DNA from: a virus | Lineage: Duplodnaviria; Caudoviricetes | Strand: one strand, 5' to 3' | Virus record (IMG/VR): IMGVR_UViG_2974679032_000001 | Location: 1-64,000 of that record | DNA length: 64,000 nt | Part shown: positions 37,626-46,072 of the stretch, piece after piece | Position numbering within the stretch: the first letter of the stretch is position 1 | How the letters are laid out: every line of letters begins with the position of its first letter | Notes under the pieces: model-generated | What the model was told of the DNA's origin: nothing | Database searches by the model: none | Seen by the model: only the letters and a program-made list of their open reading frames with translations | Translations under genes and position numbers: made by a program

Positions 37626-38230
37626 GCCTCAAGCTCTGCACTGGCGAGTACATGATCAGCGACACCGCCGGGCTGGGGCCAGCTCGGACCTGGCTCCCGC
37701 GCGTGGTCGCGGAGCAATTTCTCGAGTCCACCAAGGACGGGGAGATCAAGCTCTCGCCGGACCCGGTGACGATGATCGACGGCGACCTGACCTGGTTCAA
37801 CAACTCCAAGGATCGCCAGCGCGTGCATGTCCTGGTCCACCGCGCGCCGCGCTCGATCATCGCGCAATCGCCGGGCACCGTGGTCATCCACGACGCCTGG
37901 AGCCACCAGATCGGAGCCTCGCCCGAGGCCGACTTCCCCTCGGTCATCGCCGACACGTTCGGCGGGCGGCTCCAGATCGACCGGGCCAGCGTGGCGGCGG
38001 ATGACATCCAGTTCGGGCGGCTGTTCCTGGACGGCGACGACTCCCAGGTGTGGGTCGATCTGGGCGTGGTGCCGCCTCGGCAGAGCTTCCACTTCCGCTA
38101 CCTCGCCGCGGTGCAGACCCCAGGCATCTGGATCGTGCCCGGCTCCAACTCGGATGTGACCCCGCGCAACGAGGCATACGCGCGCTGGACGCGCCTGAGC
38201 GCACTGGCCAGCCCGGTAGGCTCCCTCTGA
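37622..38230 (+). CDS. putative minor tail protein (paralog 2 of 3)
   Basis: WFNNS motif; 4-bp overlap. Confidence 0.7.
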   Translation: MSLKLCTGEYMISDTAGLGPARTWLPRVVAEQFLESTKDGEIKLSPDPVTMIDGDLTWFNNSKDRQRVHVLVHRAPRSIIAQSPGTVVIHDAWSHQIGASPEADFPSVIADTFGGRLQIDRASVAADDIQFGRLFLDGDDSQVWVDLGVVPPRQSFHFRYLAAVQTPGIWIVPGSNSDVTPRNEAYARWTRLSALASPVGSL

Positions 38231-38997
38231 TGAGCGCCCCTCTTGCCGACTGCGTGGACCCCGATCACTTCGAGGTGCTCCCCGACGGCTCCATCCAGCC
38301 TCAACCCTGGATGCAGTGGCGGCAGGTCCGCTCGACCGAGGTGGCCTCCAAGAGCGGCCAGTATCCGGTCACGCTGACCAGCGCCGGGCTGGGCACCGGC
38401 CTGGACATCTTCGGCACGCTCGGCTCCCTGTTCGGCTCGCTGTTCTCCTTCATCCCCGGCATGTTCGGCTCGACCTCGATCCTGGCCGGGCTGGGCCAGG
38501 CGGCGAGCGCGGCGGGCAATAAGAACGACCTGCTGCACTCGCTCCAGCTGGCCTGGACGAACAACTCGCCCATCGCCCAGGATGTCTACGGCCTGATCTC
38601 GCGCGGCGGCTGCCGGGTGACGCTCCAGGCCAGGAGCCGGGGCGCGCTGGTGCTCAGCTCGGGCTACAAGCTCAACGCGCCCGGCGATGCTGGCGCGCTG
38701 GTGCCCTGCTCGATGGTGGGCTGCGGCGCGGACATGGCCCGCTCGGGCACCCTGGCCACCGGCACCAGCTTCGGCATCATCGAGGAGCGGATGAACTCGG
38801 TGACCATCCCGCTCGCGCCGGAGCGGTGCGGCTGGGCCAGGCTCCAGCCAGGCGAGACGATCACCGCCCGCGCCGAGCTGCGCTTCATCAGCGAGTTCTG
38901 GGAGAACGGCTCCATCGACGGCGGCAGCTCAGGCGCGGAGTCGAGCTACGAGACCGGCGGCACGCGCCTCGATCTGTTCGCGGTGCCGGTACTCTAA
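38230..38997 (+). CDS. putative minor tail protein (paralog 3 of 3)
   Basis: MSAPLADCVDP; WTNNSP motif. Confidence 0.7.
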   Translation: MSAPLADCVDPDHFEVLPDGSIQPQPWMQWRQVRSTEVASKSGQYPVTLTSAGLGTGLDIFGTLGSLFGSLFSFIPGMFGSTSILAGLGQAASAAGNKNDLLHSLQLAWTNNSPIAQDVYGLISRGGCRVTLQARSRGALVLSSGYKLNAPGDAGALVPCSMVGCGADMARSGTLATGTSFGIIEERMNSVTIPLAPERCGWARLQPGETITARAELRFISEFWENGSIDGGSSGAESSYETGGTRLDLFAVPVL

Positions 38998-39023
38998 GGT
39001 CATTCCCGACCTCGGAGGGCAAC

Positions 39024-39392
39024 TTGTACGATCCGCCAGCTGGGTATGTCGATTGCGAGTCCGACGCCCAAGATGCGCCAACCCCGCCCGGCGCGCCGTT
39101 CCATGAGATCGAGGTGGATGGCGTAGGCATCATCCACGCCCGCAAGCCTCTGCCCAACGCGATCCCGGCCCTGGCTGGCGCGGCCAACTCCAAGGTGAGC
39201 GGCCAGAGCCGGATCGACTACCTCGACATCTTCGTCCAGAACCACCTCGCCGAGGGCGAGTTCGAGAACCTGCTCAGCCGGATGATGGACCCCGACCACG
39301 ATATGCCGCCCGACGCCATGCTGCGCGTCTCGCGGGCAATCGCGACGGCGGGCAGTGCCCGCCCTACTCGGCGGTCATCAACCTCGCGTTGA
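39024..39392 (+). CDS. tail assembly chaperone paralog (G-like)
   Basis: GGAGGG RBS plus TTG; FVQNHL..E.F..LLSRMMDPD aligns with FIARHL..ESY..VFSRLMDPD of 21997..22677. Confidence 0.65.
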   Translation: MYDPPAGYVDCESDAQDAPTPPGAPFHEIEVDGVGIIHARKPLPNAIPALAGAANSKVSGQSRIDYLDIFVQNHLAEGEFENLLSRMMDPDHDMPPDAMLRVSRAIATAGSARPTRRSSTSR

Positions 39393-39706
39393 TGGCCGCG
39401 CACAACTGGAGGGCCATCCGGCTGCGGTTCGCTGATCGCGGCGTGGCCAGCGTCATGCGCGAGGTGCCGACTATGCACATCGTCTTGGACGCCATCGAGC
39501 AGCTCGGGGCGGAGAGCGCGACCCACGGTGCCAAGACCGAGACCGAGGCCCGCGCGAAGCTGAGCAGCTATTACGACAAGCTCTACAAGCCGGACGCCAC
39601 CACCATCGCCATCGACGGCGAGGGCTATATGCCGCCTCCGCCGGGGTTCTCCGACGAGGAGGTCGAGGCCAGCTTCGACGCCTTCTTGAACGCGGCTGGC
39701 CGGTAG
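39389..39706 (+). CDS. hypothetical protein, probable -1 frameshift extension (T-like) of the upstream chaperone
   Basis: -1 frame, open and GC3-rich from 39362. Confidence 0.6.
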   Translation: MMAAHNWRAIRLRFADRGVASVMREVPTMHIVLDAIEQLGAESATHGAKTETEARAKLSSYYDKLYKPDATTIAIDGEGYMPPPPGFSDEEVEASFDAFLNAAGR

Positions 39707-39734
39707 TTGCCCTCCGACCCGTTACCCTGACCTC

Positions 39735-40142
39735 ATGGCCACGACCACCGTATTCTTCGACACCGCCGCTCCGGCCGGTGAGAAGTTCGATCCCGAGGTC
39801 GCCGCCGAGATCGAGGAGCTGGCTCCTGGCCTGGCACCTGGCGAGGTTGGCGAGGCCGAGCTGGCGGATCACGCCGTCAGCAAGGACAAGATCAAGGCCG
39901 GGGCGGTCGGCTCGACCGAGCTGGCCGAGGGCGGCGTAGAGGCCGTCAATATGGCCGCTGACAGCGTTCCCACCGCCGCGCTCCAGGATGACTCGGTGAC
40001 CGCCGAGAAGGCGGGCCTGGGCGTCTCAACGGCCTATGACGCGGCGGGCAATCCCATCGAGGACAAGCGGGTCTACCTGACCGCCGCCGCCTACAACCTC
40101 ATCACGGCAAAAGACCCCAACACGACCTACTACATCAGCTGA
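39735..40142 (+). CDS. short tail-fiber-like protein
   Basis: 10-aa repeats (AVSKDKIKAG/AVGSTELAEG); C-terminal YLTAAAY..KDPNTTYYI. Confidence 0.7.
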   Translation: MATTTVFFDTAAPAGEKFDPEVAAEIEELAPGLAPGEVGEAELADHAVSKDKIKAGAVGSTELAEGGVEAVNMAADSVPTAALQDDSVTAEKAGLGVSTAYDAAGNPIEDKRVYLTAAAYNLITAKDPNTTYYIS

Positions 40143-40145
40143 GCC

Positions 40146-41294
40146 GTGCCCGAGATTCGCAGAGGGTCCGCGCCCAACTTCACCGCCATCCGGCGCGGCA
40201 ACACCATCATCAAGGAGATCAGGCGCGGCGAGACGCTGCTCTGGTCCGGCGCGACGATCAGCGATCAGTTCGACTGGCTCGGCGCGCTGGAGGGCTGGAT
40301 TGACGAGCTGTGCTCCGGCGAGGACTTGGGCACGCTGATCTCCGACGGGTTCGGGATCATCCGCGACGGCCTGGACAACGAGGTCGGCCGGGTGGTCCAG
40401 TACGTCGAGGGCGGCGTCAACGATCTCGGCCTCCTGGTGGGCGGGACCGGCGACCAGCTCGCCGACGCCTACTGCGGGATGTGGGGCGGCTCGGCTCCGC
40501 CCGATGGCCTCCTGGGTCTCATCAACGGCATCCCGCTGTTCGGCTCCGAGCTGGCCAACCTGCTCAAGGACTGGTTCGGCGGCACGCTGGAGATCGACAG
40601 CCTGCTCGGCAAGATTCCGGTGGTCGGCCAGCTGGCCACCGCCATCGGCCTGATCCCCGACCAGGTGACAGGCGCGATCCTCCCGCCGATCAACTACGTC
40701 GTGGATACCGCTGGCCAGGTGGTAGGCACGCTGACCTGTGGCCAGTTCAAGAACATCGGCAGCTCGCTGCTGGAGCCAGTCTGCTACATCATCGGCGTGG
40801 TCGGCGGCGCGGCCAAGATGGTCATCCCCGACGGCCTGATGAGCCTCGATCCCATCGACTCGCGCTACCGCCACCCCACGCTGCTGCCCAACCCCGACGG
40901 GTTCGTGGAGGTCCAGCTGGCCCAGGCGGGCGACCCTGGGTTCGCCACCCAGGTGTTCCGGCGCTACTCCAACGACGGCACCGGCCACAACGGCGTCGGG
41001 ATCGACGTGCGCTCGGGCCTGGCCGGGATCGTCCGGCGCGTCGGCGGCGTCGAGGACTTGGTGGCTCCGGCGCTGGGCGGGGTCGGCCCGGCCAACCGGC
41101 TGCGGCTGGTGCAGACCGGGAACCTCCACGAACTGTTCCGCGATGGGACCAAGATCGGCGAGTGGCCGGACCTGACCGGCACCGCCGCCACCGGGGCCGG
41201 GAACCAGAGCGTGGCGATGGTGATGAACGCCGCCAAGGAGTTCGGCGGCACGCGCCTATTCAGCCCGGCGCTGTCCTACCTGGAGGCGGGCTAA
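40146..41294 (+). CDS. minor tail/receptor-binding-like protein
   Basis: IRRG repeats at the N-terminus; beta-rich C-terminus. Confidence 0.7.
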   Translation: MPEIRRGSAPNFTAIRRGNTIIKEIRRGETLLWSGATISDQFDWLGALEGWIDELCSGEDLGTLISDGFGIIRDGLDNEVGRVVQYVEGGVNDLGLLVGGTGDQLADAYCGMWGGSAPPDGLLGLINGIPLFGSELANLLKDWFGGTLEIDSLLGKIPVVGQLATAIGLIPDQVTGAILPPINYVVDTAGQVVGTLTCGQFKNIGSSLLEPVCYIIGVVGGAAKMVIPDGLMSLDPIDSRYRHPTLLPNPDGFVEVQLAQAGDPGFATQVFRRYSNDGTGHNGVGIDVRSGLAGIVRRVGGVEDLVAPALGGVGPANRLRLVQTGNLHELFRDGTKIGEWPDLTGTAATGAGNQSVAMVMNAAKEFGGTRLFSPALSYLEAG

Positions 41295-41524
41295 TCTCCC
41301 TGGAATGGCCAGTAACGATCGCTGGCGGGCCGATGCGCGCCGGAGGCGGCGTTCGGCTCTCCTGGGGCGATCTGGGGCCGTTCTAGGCGGGCGAGGAGCG
41401 GCGGCAGGATCGCCGCCACCACCATCGCCAGCCCGAACGCCCAGACCACCCAGGCCACCGGATCGTCGGAGTTGATCCCGGCCAGGAACACCAGCGCCCC
41501 GGCCAGGAATAGCCGCGTGTTCAT
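41291..41524 (-). CDS. small membrane protein
   Basis: Two TM segments; overlaps with both neighbours. Confidence 0.65.
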   Translation of the reverse strand: MNTRLFLAGALVFLAGINSDDPVAWVVWAFGLAMVVAAILPPLLARLERPQIAPGEPNAASGAHRPASDRYWPFQGD

Positions 41525-41727
41525 CGGGAGCCGTGCCAGCCGCGCCCTGGGCGCATCGCGTGCCAGGCGTCGATGGTCTCGGGCAGCCAGCCGGGGTGGA
41601 CGCCCACGGTGACATCGTGGGGCGGCAGCTCGATGCCCGAGAGGCTGCGCACCGACTTCATGCCGAGGCGCTCGGCGACCTCCTGGCGGCTCAGGTAGTG
41701 GGTCACCGCGGTCTCCGTGCTGGTCAT
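41521..41727 (-). CDS. AlpA/excisionase-like HTH protein
   Basis: YLSRQEVAERLG..LPPHD..GWLPETIDAW. Confidence 0.8.
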   Translation of the reverse strand: MTSTETAVTHYLSRQEVAERLGMKSVRSLSGIELPPHDVTVGVHPGWLPETIDAWHAMRPGRGWHGSR

Positions 41728-42140
41728 CAGGCGCTCCTCTCGGCCTTATCAGCCACGATCGTAAGGGTGATGGGTGCCGCCTCGGTGGTCTCGACGGCGG
41801 CGCGCCCGGCGACGTTGCGCTCCCACTCGTCGTGCTGGGTGCCGTTGATGGTGATGGCCAGGTCCAGCGGGCCAGAGCCAGGCTCCTCAGCGCGGCGCTC
41901 GGCCTCGTCCAGGACGCGCTCGACCTGGTAGGCGAACGCCTCGCTGAGCGTCTCGATCTGGCTCAGGAGGCCGGGAGGGCACTTGTCCTGCCCGTTCTCG
42001 ATTCGCTGGTAGTCGCGCCGGTCCTTGCCGACGCGGCTGGCCAGGTCGCGCTGGCTCAGGCCCATAAACAGCCGGTGGGCGCGGATGATCTCGCCCAGGC
42101 CCCAGCTGTGGACGGCTGGGCGGCGCTCGGTCTCGGTCAT
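41727..42140 (-). CDS. XRE-family HTH DNA-binding protein
   Basis: IRAHRLFMGLSQRDLASRVG..YQRIENG; GAAGGAG RBS. Confidence 0.8.
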   Translation of the reverse strand: MTETERRPAVHSWGLGEIIRAHRLFMGLSQRDLASRVGKDRRDYQRIENGQDKCPPGLLSQIETLSEAFAYQVERVLDEAERRAEEPGSGPLDLAITINGTQHDEWERNVAGRAAVETTEAAPITLTIVADKAERSA

Positions 42141-42165
42141 GTCGTTCGTACTCCTTCGTGGTGGA

Positions 42166-42194
42166 GGCCCGGCCTCCGCTGGGGAGGCCGGGCC
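42166..42194. terminator. stem-loop between leftward genes
   Basis: GGCCCGGCCTCC-gctgg-GGAGGCCGGGCC. Confidence 0.55.
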
Positions 42195-42211
42195 GGTGGC
42201 GGTGCTGGTGA

Positions 42212-42937
42212 TCACCAGCTGTTCTTGGCCGCGCAGATCGGGCCGATGCCGCGCTCGCGGCTCTCGTCGTTGGTCAGGGTCCGGCCGCACACGCCGCACT
42301 CGCCGATCTCATGGCCGTAGCGCGCGCTGGCCTCGGCTGCGCCCACCTCGGCGATCTTGGCCAGGATGGACTTGCTCGCCGCCCAGCTCATCCGCTGCTC
42401 CTCATCGGAGACCATGAGCTTGACGAACACCCGGCCCGCCCAGCGGCCCTCGGTGGGGCGATCCACCTTGTAGAAGGCCAGGCCATTGGTGGCCCCGTCC
42501 TCGGTCTCGATGGCGTAGCGCCCGGCCGGGACGACCTCGGCGCTCGGGACATCGCCGGAGGCGGCGGGCTGGGCCTTGCGCTCGCCCTGGTCGCGGTCCA
42601 TCAGCCAGTCGATCAGCTTGGACGCGCCCGCCTTGCTCAGCGGTGCCCACACGAACTCCTGGCCAGCGATGGCGCTCGGGGCCATGTGCGCCAGGAGGAG
42701 GTTGAGCTGCTCGCCCCAGCTGGTCGCGCCCGCCATCAGCTCGATCACCTTGTCGGTGGGGTCGGCGATGAAGCTCAGCGTGGTCTTGAGCGCGGCGGCG
42801 CGCCGGACGTGCTTCTCGGGGCCGTTCTGCCAGACCCGCTCGGCGAGCAGGGTGGTGATGAACCGGAGCTGCCCATCGGTGGCCGGGATGACCAGGCTGG
42901 CCGGGGCGGTGCTGGTGGTGGCGAAGGGGGTTCCCAT
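42212..42937 (-). CDS. DUF6011-like Zn-finger protein
   Basis: C-terminal CGVCGRTLTNDESRERGIGPICA. Confidence 0.75.
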   Translation of the reverse strand: MGTPFATTSTAPASLVIPATDGQLRFITTLLAERVWQNGPEKHVRRAAALKTTLSFIADPTDKVIELMAGATSWGEQLNLLLAHMAPSAIAGQEFVWAPLSKAGASKLIDWLMDRDQGERKAQPAASGDVPSAEVVPAGRYAIETEDGATNGLAFYKVDRPTEGRWAGRVFVKLMVSDEEQRMSWAASKSILAKIAEVGAAEASARYGHEIGECGVCGRTLTNDESRERGIGPICAAKNSW

Positions 42938-43004
42938 GATCTCGATCTCCTATCTCCGGCGGGCCAATCCCGCCTACCCCTCCGAATATACCGACTAAGG
43001 CGGG
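42938..43004 (-). promoter_or_regulatory. promoter/leader cassette copy 2
   Basis: Near-identical to 19294-19360. Confidence 0.7.
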
Positions 43005-43039
43005 TTTCTGCACACCCTCTGCTGATACCGTGGCCTGAC

Positions 43040-44572
43040 ATGAGCTTCGTGTGGAAACGTCCCGAGGGTCCGCTGCTCTCCGAGGAGGAGATCGCCCGGC
43101 GTGTCCACGCCGTGAGCCTCAAGCGTGACCTGGACGAGCTGGCCACGGTGCTGGCGCTGATGTGCATCCGCCAGGAGAGCGCGTTCTGGTGCCCTTGGAA
43201 CGCCAACGATCCGGCCAGCAAGAACTACCCGTTTGACTCCCAGAGCGACGACGGCCGCTCGGTGGCCTACTTCCAGCAGCAGAACGGCGCGCCGGGCGAG
43301 ATCGCCCCGGCTGGCCAGGACTGGTGGGGTCCGATGAGCTGCCGGATGAACCTGGAGTGCTCGGCCAACACGTTCCTGGAGCGCCTCGCCGACGACTACA
43401 CCTCGGCCAAGGATGGCGCGAGCGCGGGCCGGTTCGTCCAGCGGGTCCAGGGCAGCGCCTTCCCCGACGCCTACGCCAAGCACTGGGACTACTGCTGGGC
43501 GCTGCTCCATCGGGCGCTGGCCCAGGGCGTCCAGAACCCGCCGACCCCTCCGCCGGTCAAGCCGGTCGATCAGACCACCCCGCCGGTCCCGGCGGCGGCG
43601 ACGATCAAGCCGAACCCGGCCTGGCGCGGCGATCCGCTCTACCTGCCCGAGCTGCTCCGCGCGTTCGGCCTCGACGTGAGCACCTACACCGACGCCGACG
43701 GGATCAACTGGGACGAGCGCGGGCACGGCGACTTCGGCGTCATCGACTTCGTGCTCTGGCACCACACCGGGAGCGTCGGCGAGACCGACGAGGGCATCGC
43801 TCATCACCCGAGCCTGGGCCTCGCGGCCAACATGCTCATCCACCCCAACGGCCACGTCACGCTGACCGGCTCGGGGATCAGCTGGAACGCGGGCGACGGC
43901 ATCTGGCCCGGCGTGGCGCGCGGCGAGATGAATCAGCGGTGCATCGGCATCGAGTGCGCCTACGGGCCTGATCCCCAGGGGAACTACACCATCCGCTGGC
44001 CCGACGCCCAGATCATTGCGATGGTCGCCGTCGGCGCGGCGATCTCCTGGTTCCTGGGCGGCACGCTGCCGGTGGACCACCAGATCGCTCACAAGGAGTG
44101 GGCCGGGGCGGAGAACCCGCTCGGCATCAACGCCCAGGGCAAGCCTGACCCAGGGAACCTCGACATGCGTTGGTTCCGCGGTGAGATCAGCAAGCGCCTG
44201 GCAGAAGGCCCCACCGGGGTCGCCGCCATAGGAGGGACCAAGCCAGTGCCTACACCCACCCCGCCGCCTCCGCCGCCGGTCGTGCCGCCGTCGATCCCCA
44301 TCGGTGACGCCGCGCTCAAGGTGATCATGGAGCAGCAGCTCGGCCCCTGGGACGCCAAGGCGGGCCGGTTCACCGGCTGGCCCCAGCTGTCCGGCGATCC
44401 CGAGGCGCTCAAGGTGCTCCAGGCCAAGGTGGACGCGGGCACCCCGCTGACCCTGGTGGACGGCCTGGCGGCGTTCGCGTTCAACATCCAGCCGACCCCG
44501 GCGAAGAAGGCTCCCGCCAAGAAGGCGGCGAAGAAGGCCCCAGCGAAGAAGGCCACAACCACCAAGGAGTGA
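43040..44572 (+). CDS. lysA: lysin A (amidase-2 endolysin)
   Basis: WHHTG, GIECA, AHKEW, KPDPG Zn-amidase motifs; start MSFVWKRPEG. Confidence 0.9.
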   Translation: MSFVWKRPEGPLLSEEEIARRVHAVSLKRDLDELATVLALMCIRQESAFWCPWNANDPASKNYPFDSQSDDGRSVAYFQQQNGAPGEIAPAGQDWWGPMSCRMNLECSANTFLERLADDYTSAKDGASAGRFVQRVQGSAFPDAYAKHWDYCWALLHRALAQGVQNPPTPPPVKPVDQTTPPVPAAATIKPNPAWRGDPLYLPELLRAFGLDVSTYTDADGINWDERGHGDFGVIDFVLWHHTGSVGETDEGIAHHPSLGLAANMLIHPNGHVTLTGSGISWNAGDGIWPGVARGEMNQRCIGIECAYGPDPQGNYTIRWPDAQIIAMVAVGAAISWFLGGTLPVDHQIAHKEWAGAENPLGINAQGKPDPGNLDMRWFRGEISKRLAEGPTGVAAIGGTKPVPTPTPPPPPPVVPPSIPIGDAALKVIMEQQLGPWDAKAGRFTGWPQLSGDPEALKVLQAKVDAGTPLTLVDGLAAFAFNIQPTPAKKAPAKKAAKKAPAKKATTTKE

Positions 44573-44576
44573 CACC

Positions 44577-45980
44577 ATGAGCACGGAGACGATCCGCGTC
44601 CAGGGTGTTGAGGTCGAGGTGCCACGCGGCGCGTGGCATCCGCCCAACACCGTGGGCGACATCGACCCCAACATCGTCAAGGCCAAGCAATACCTGCGGC
44701 GATTCTCATACGGCAAGCCAGCCAACGACGGCACGCCGATCTATACCGAGGCGTTCGGCGCGGCGCTGGAGGAGTTCCAGCGGCGGCGCAACGAGGAGGT
44801 CACGCGCGGCCTCCAGCCCGGCCCGCTGATTGACCTCCCGGCGCGCTCGGGCTGGCTGGACTACAACACCAAGGTCCAGCTGGAGATCGAGCCTCGGCCA
44901 GGCGGCGCGAACCCGCCCGCCCCGCACATCGTCACCGACAGCCACTTCTTGAGCGCGCCCGGCTCGGGCGTGGACTGGTGGGTCGGCCCGCCGTTCAATA
45001 CCGGCGAGTGGCTCAAGGACAACGCCGGGGTCCATCACTGGCCGGTCGGCTATCCCAAGGGCGGCTACCTGGGCCTGATGGGCGGCGACTCGGCCCAGAG
45101 CTATGTGGACACCATCCGCCTGGAGGACTTGGAGCTGGAGCGGCGGCTGCGCGAGGACATCCTGCCCGGCTATGGCGTCCACCTCTCGCCCGGCCAGCCG
45201 CTCAGCGTCGAGGACGAGGCCCGGCTCCCGGCCAGCTTCAAGATCGTGCTCTGTGGCTACAGCCAGAGCGCCGACGGGATCATCCGCGCCGCCGCCCGGC
45301 TGTTCGGCGACGGCGGCATCTTCGCCGTGCTCCGCCATCGGCTGCGCGCGATCCTCTGCTTCGGCAATCCGGCGCGCCAGGGCGGGCCGACGCGCTACGG
45401 CCGCAATCCCAAGGGCAAGGGCATCTCGGGCTGGGTGGCTCCGGCCTGGCTGGCTCCGCTCATCATCGACATCGTGACGGAGACCCCGACGGCTCCAGAC
45501 TTCTACGCCTGCAACACCTCCCAGATCGCCCACATTGCCTACCAGGTGGTGATCAACGCCGAGACCGAGCTGCCGTTCCTGGTCTACCTGGCCAAGCTGG
45601 TCGTCCCGGCGCTGCTCTCGCTGCTGACCGGCGGCATGTTCGGCGGCGGCGGCGGTGGCCTGCTCGGCGGGCTGGGCGGGCTGCTCGGCTCGGCCGGGGC
45701 GATCCCGCTCCTGTCGAGCGTCACCGGGATGGGCGGCGGCGCGCTGACCCCGATCATGTCGGCGGCTCAGGTCAACGACGACTCGGCCGAGGCAGTGAGC
45801 CAGGAGATCGCCAAGATTCTCACCCCGATGGGCCTGCTCACCTCGATCCCCGAGCTGATCGGTCTGCTGATGGCGCTGCCGGGCATCCAGACCCACGGCC
45901 TCTACGAGCAGCCACAGCCGGAGTTCGGCAACATCACAGGCGTCCAGGTGGCTCTCAATCTGGTCCGGCCGCTGCTCTAG
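44577..45980 (+). CDS. lysB: lysin B (cutinase-like esterase with N-terminal PG-binding-like region)
   Basis: GYSQS nucleophile elbow, FGNPAR, DFYA, late H; follows lysA. Confidence 0.85.
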   Translation: MSTETIRVQGVEVEVPRGAWHPPNTVGDIDPNIVKAKQYLRRFSYGKPANDGTPIYTEAFGAALEEFQRRRNEEVTRGLQPGPLIDLPARSGWLDYNTKVQLEIEPRPGGANPPAPHIVTDSHFLSAPGSGVDWWVGPPFNTGEWLKDNAGVHHWPVGYPKGGYLGLMGGDSAQSYVDTIRLEDLELERRLREDILPGYGVHLSPGQPLSVEDEARLPASFKIVLCGYSQSADGIIRAAARLFGDGGIFAVLRHRLRAILCFGNPARQGGPTRYGRNPKGKGISGWVAPAWLAPLIIDIVTETPTAPDFYACNTSQIAHIAYQVVINAETELPFLVYLAKLVVPALLSLLTGGMFGGGGGGLLGGLGGLLGSAGAIPLLSSVTGMGGGALTPIMSAAQVNDDSAEAVSQEIAKILTPMGLLTSIPELIGLLMALPGIQTHGLYEQPQPEFGNITGVQVALNLVRPLL

Positions 45981-46020
45981 GCGCTATCCTGGCCCCAGCC
46001 TTCGTGGTTGTGGGCACAGA

Positions 46021-46056
46021 GCAAGGCCCCGGCGGGTTCTCCCACCGGGGCCTTGC
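46021..46056. terminator. bidirectional terminator between the lysis and replication blocks
   Basis: GCAAGGCCCCGG..CCGGGGCCTTGC between convergent genes. Confidence 0.75.
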
Positions 46057-46072
46057 CGTTACCCGAGGCCGA

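Noticed and set aside
41521-42140. Lysogeny switch (repressor/excisionase)
   Set aside because: No integrase, attP or divergent cI/cro arrangement in the window
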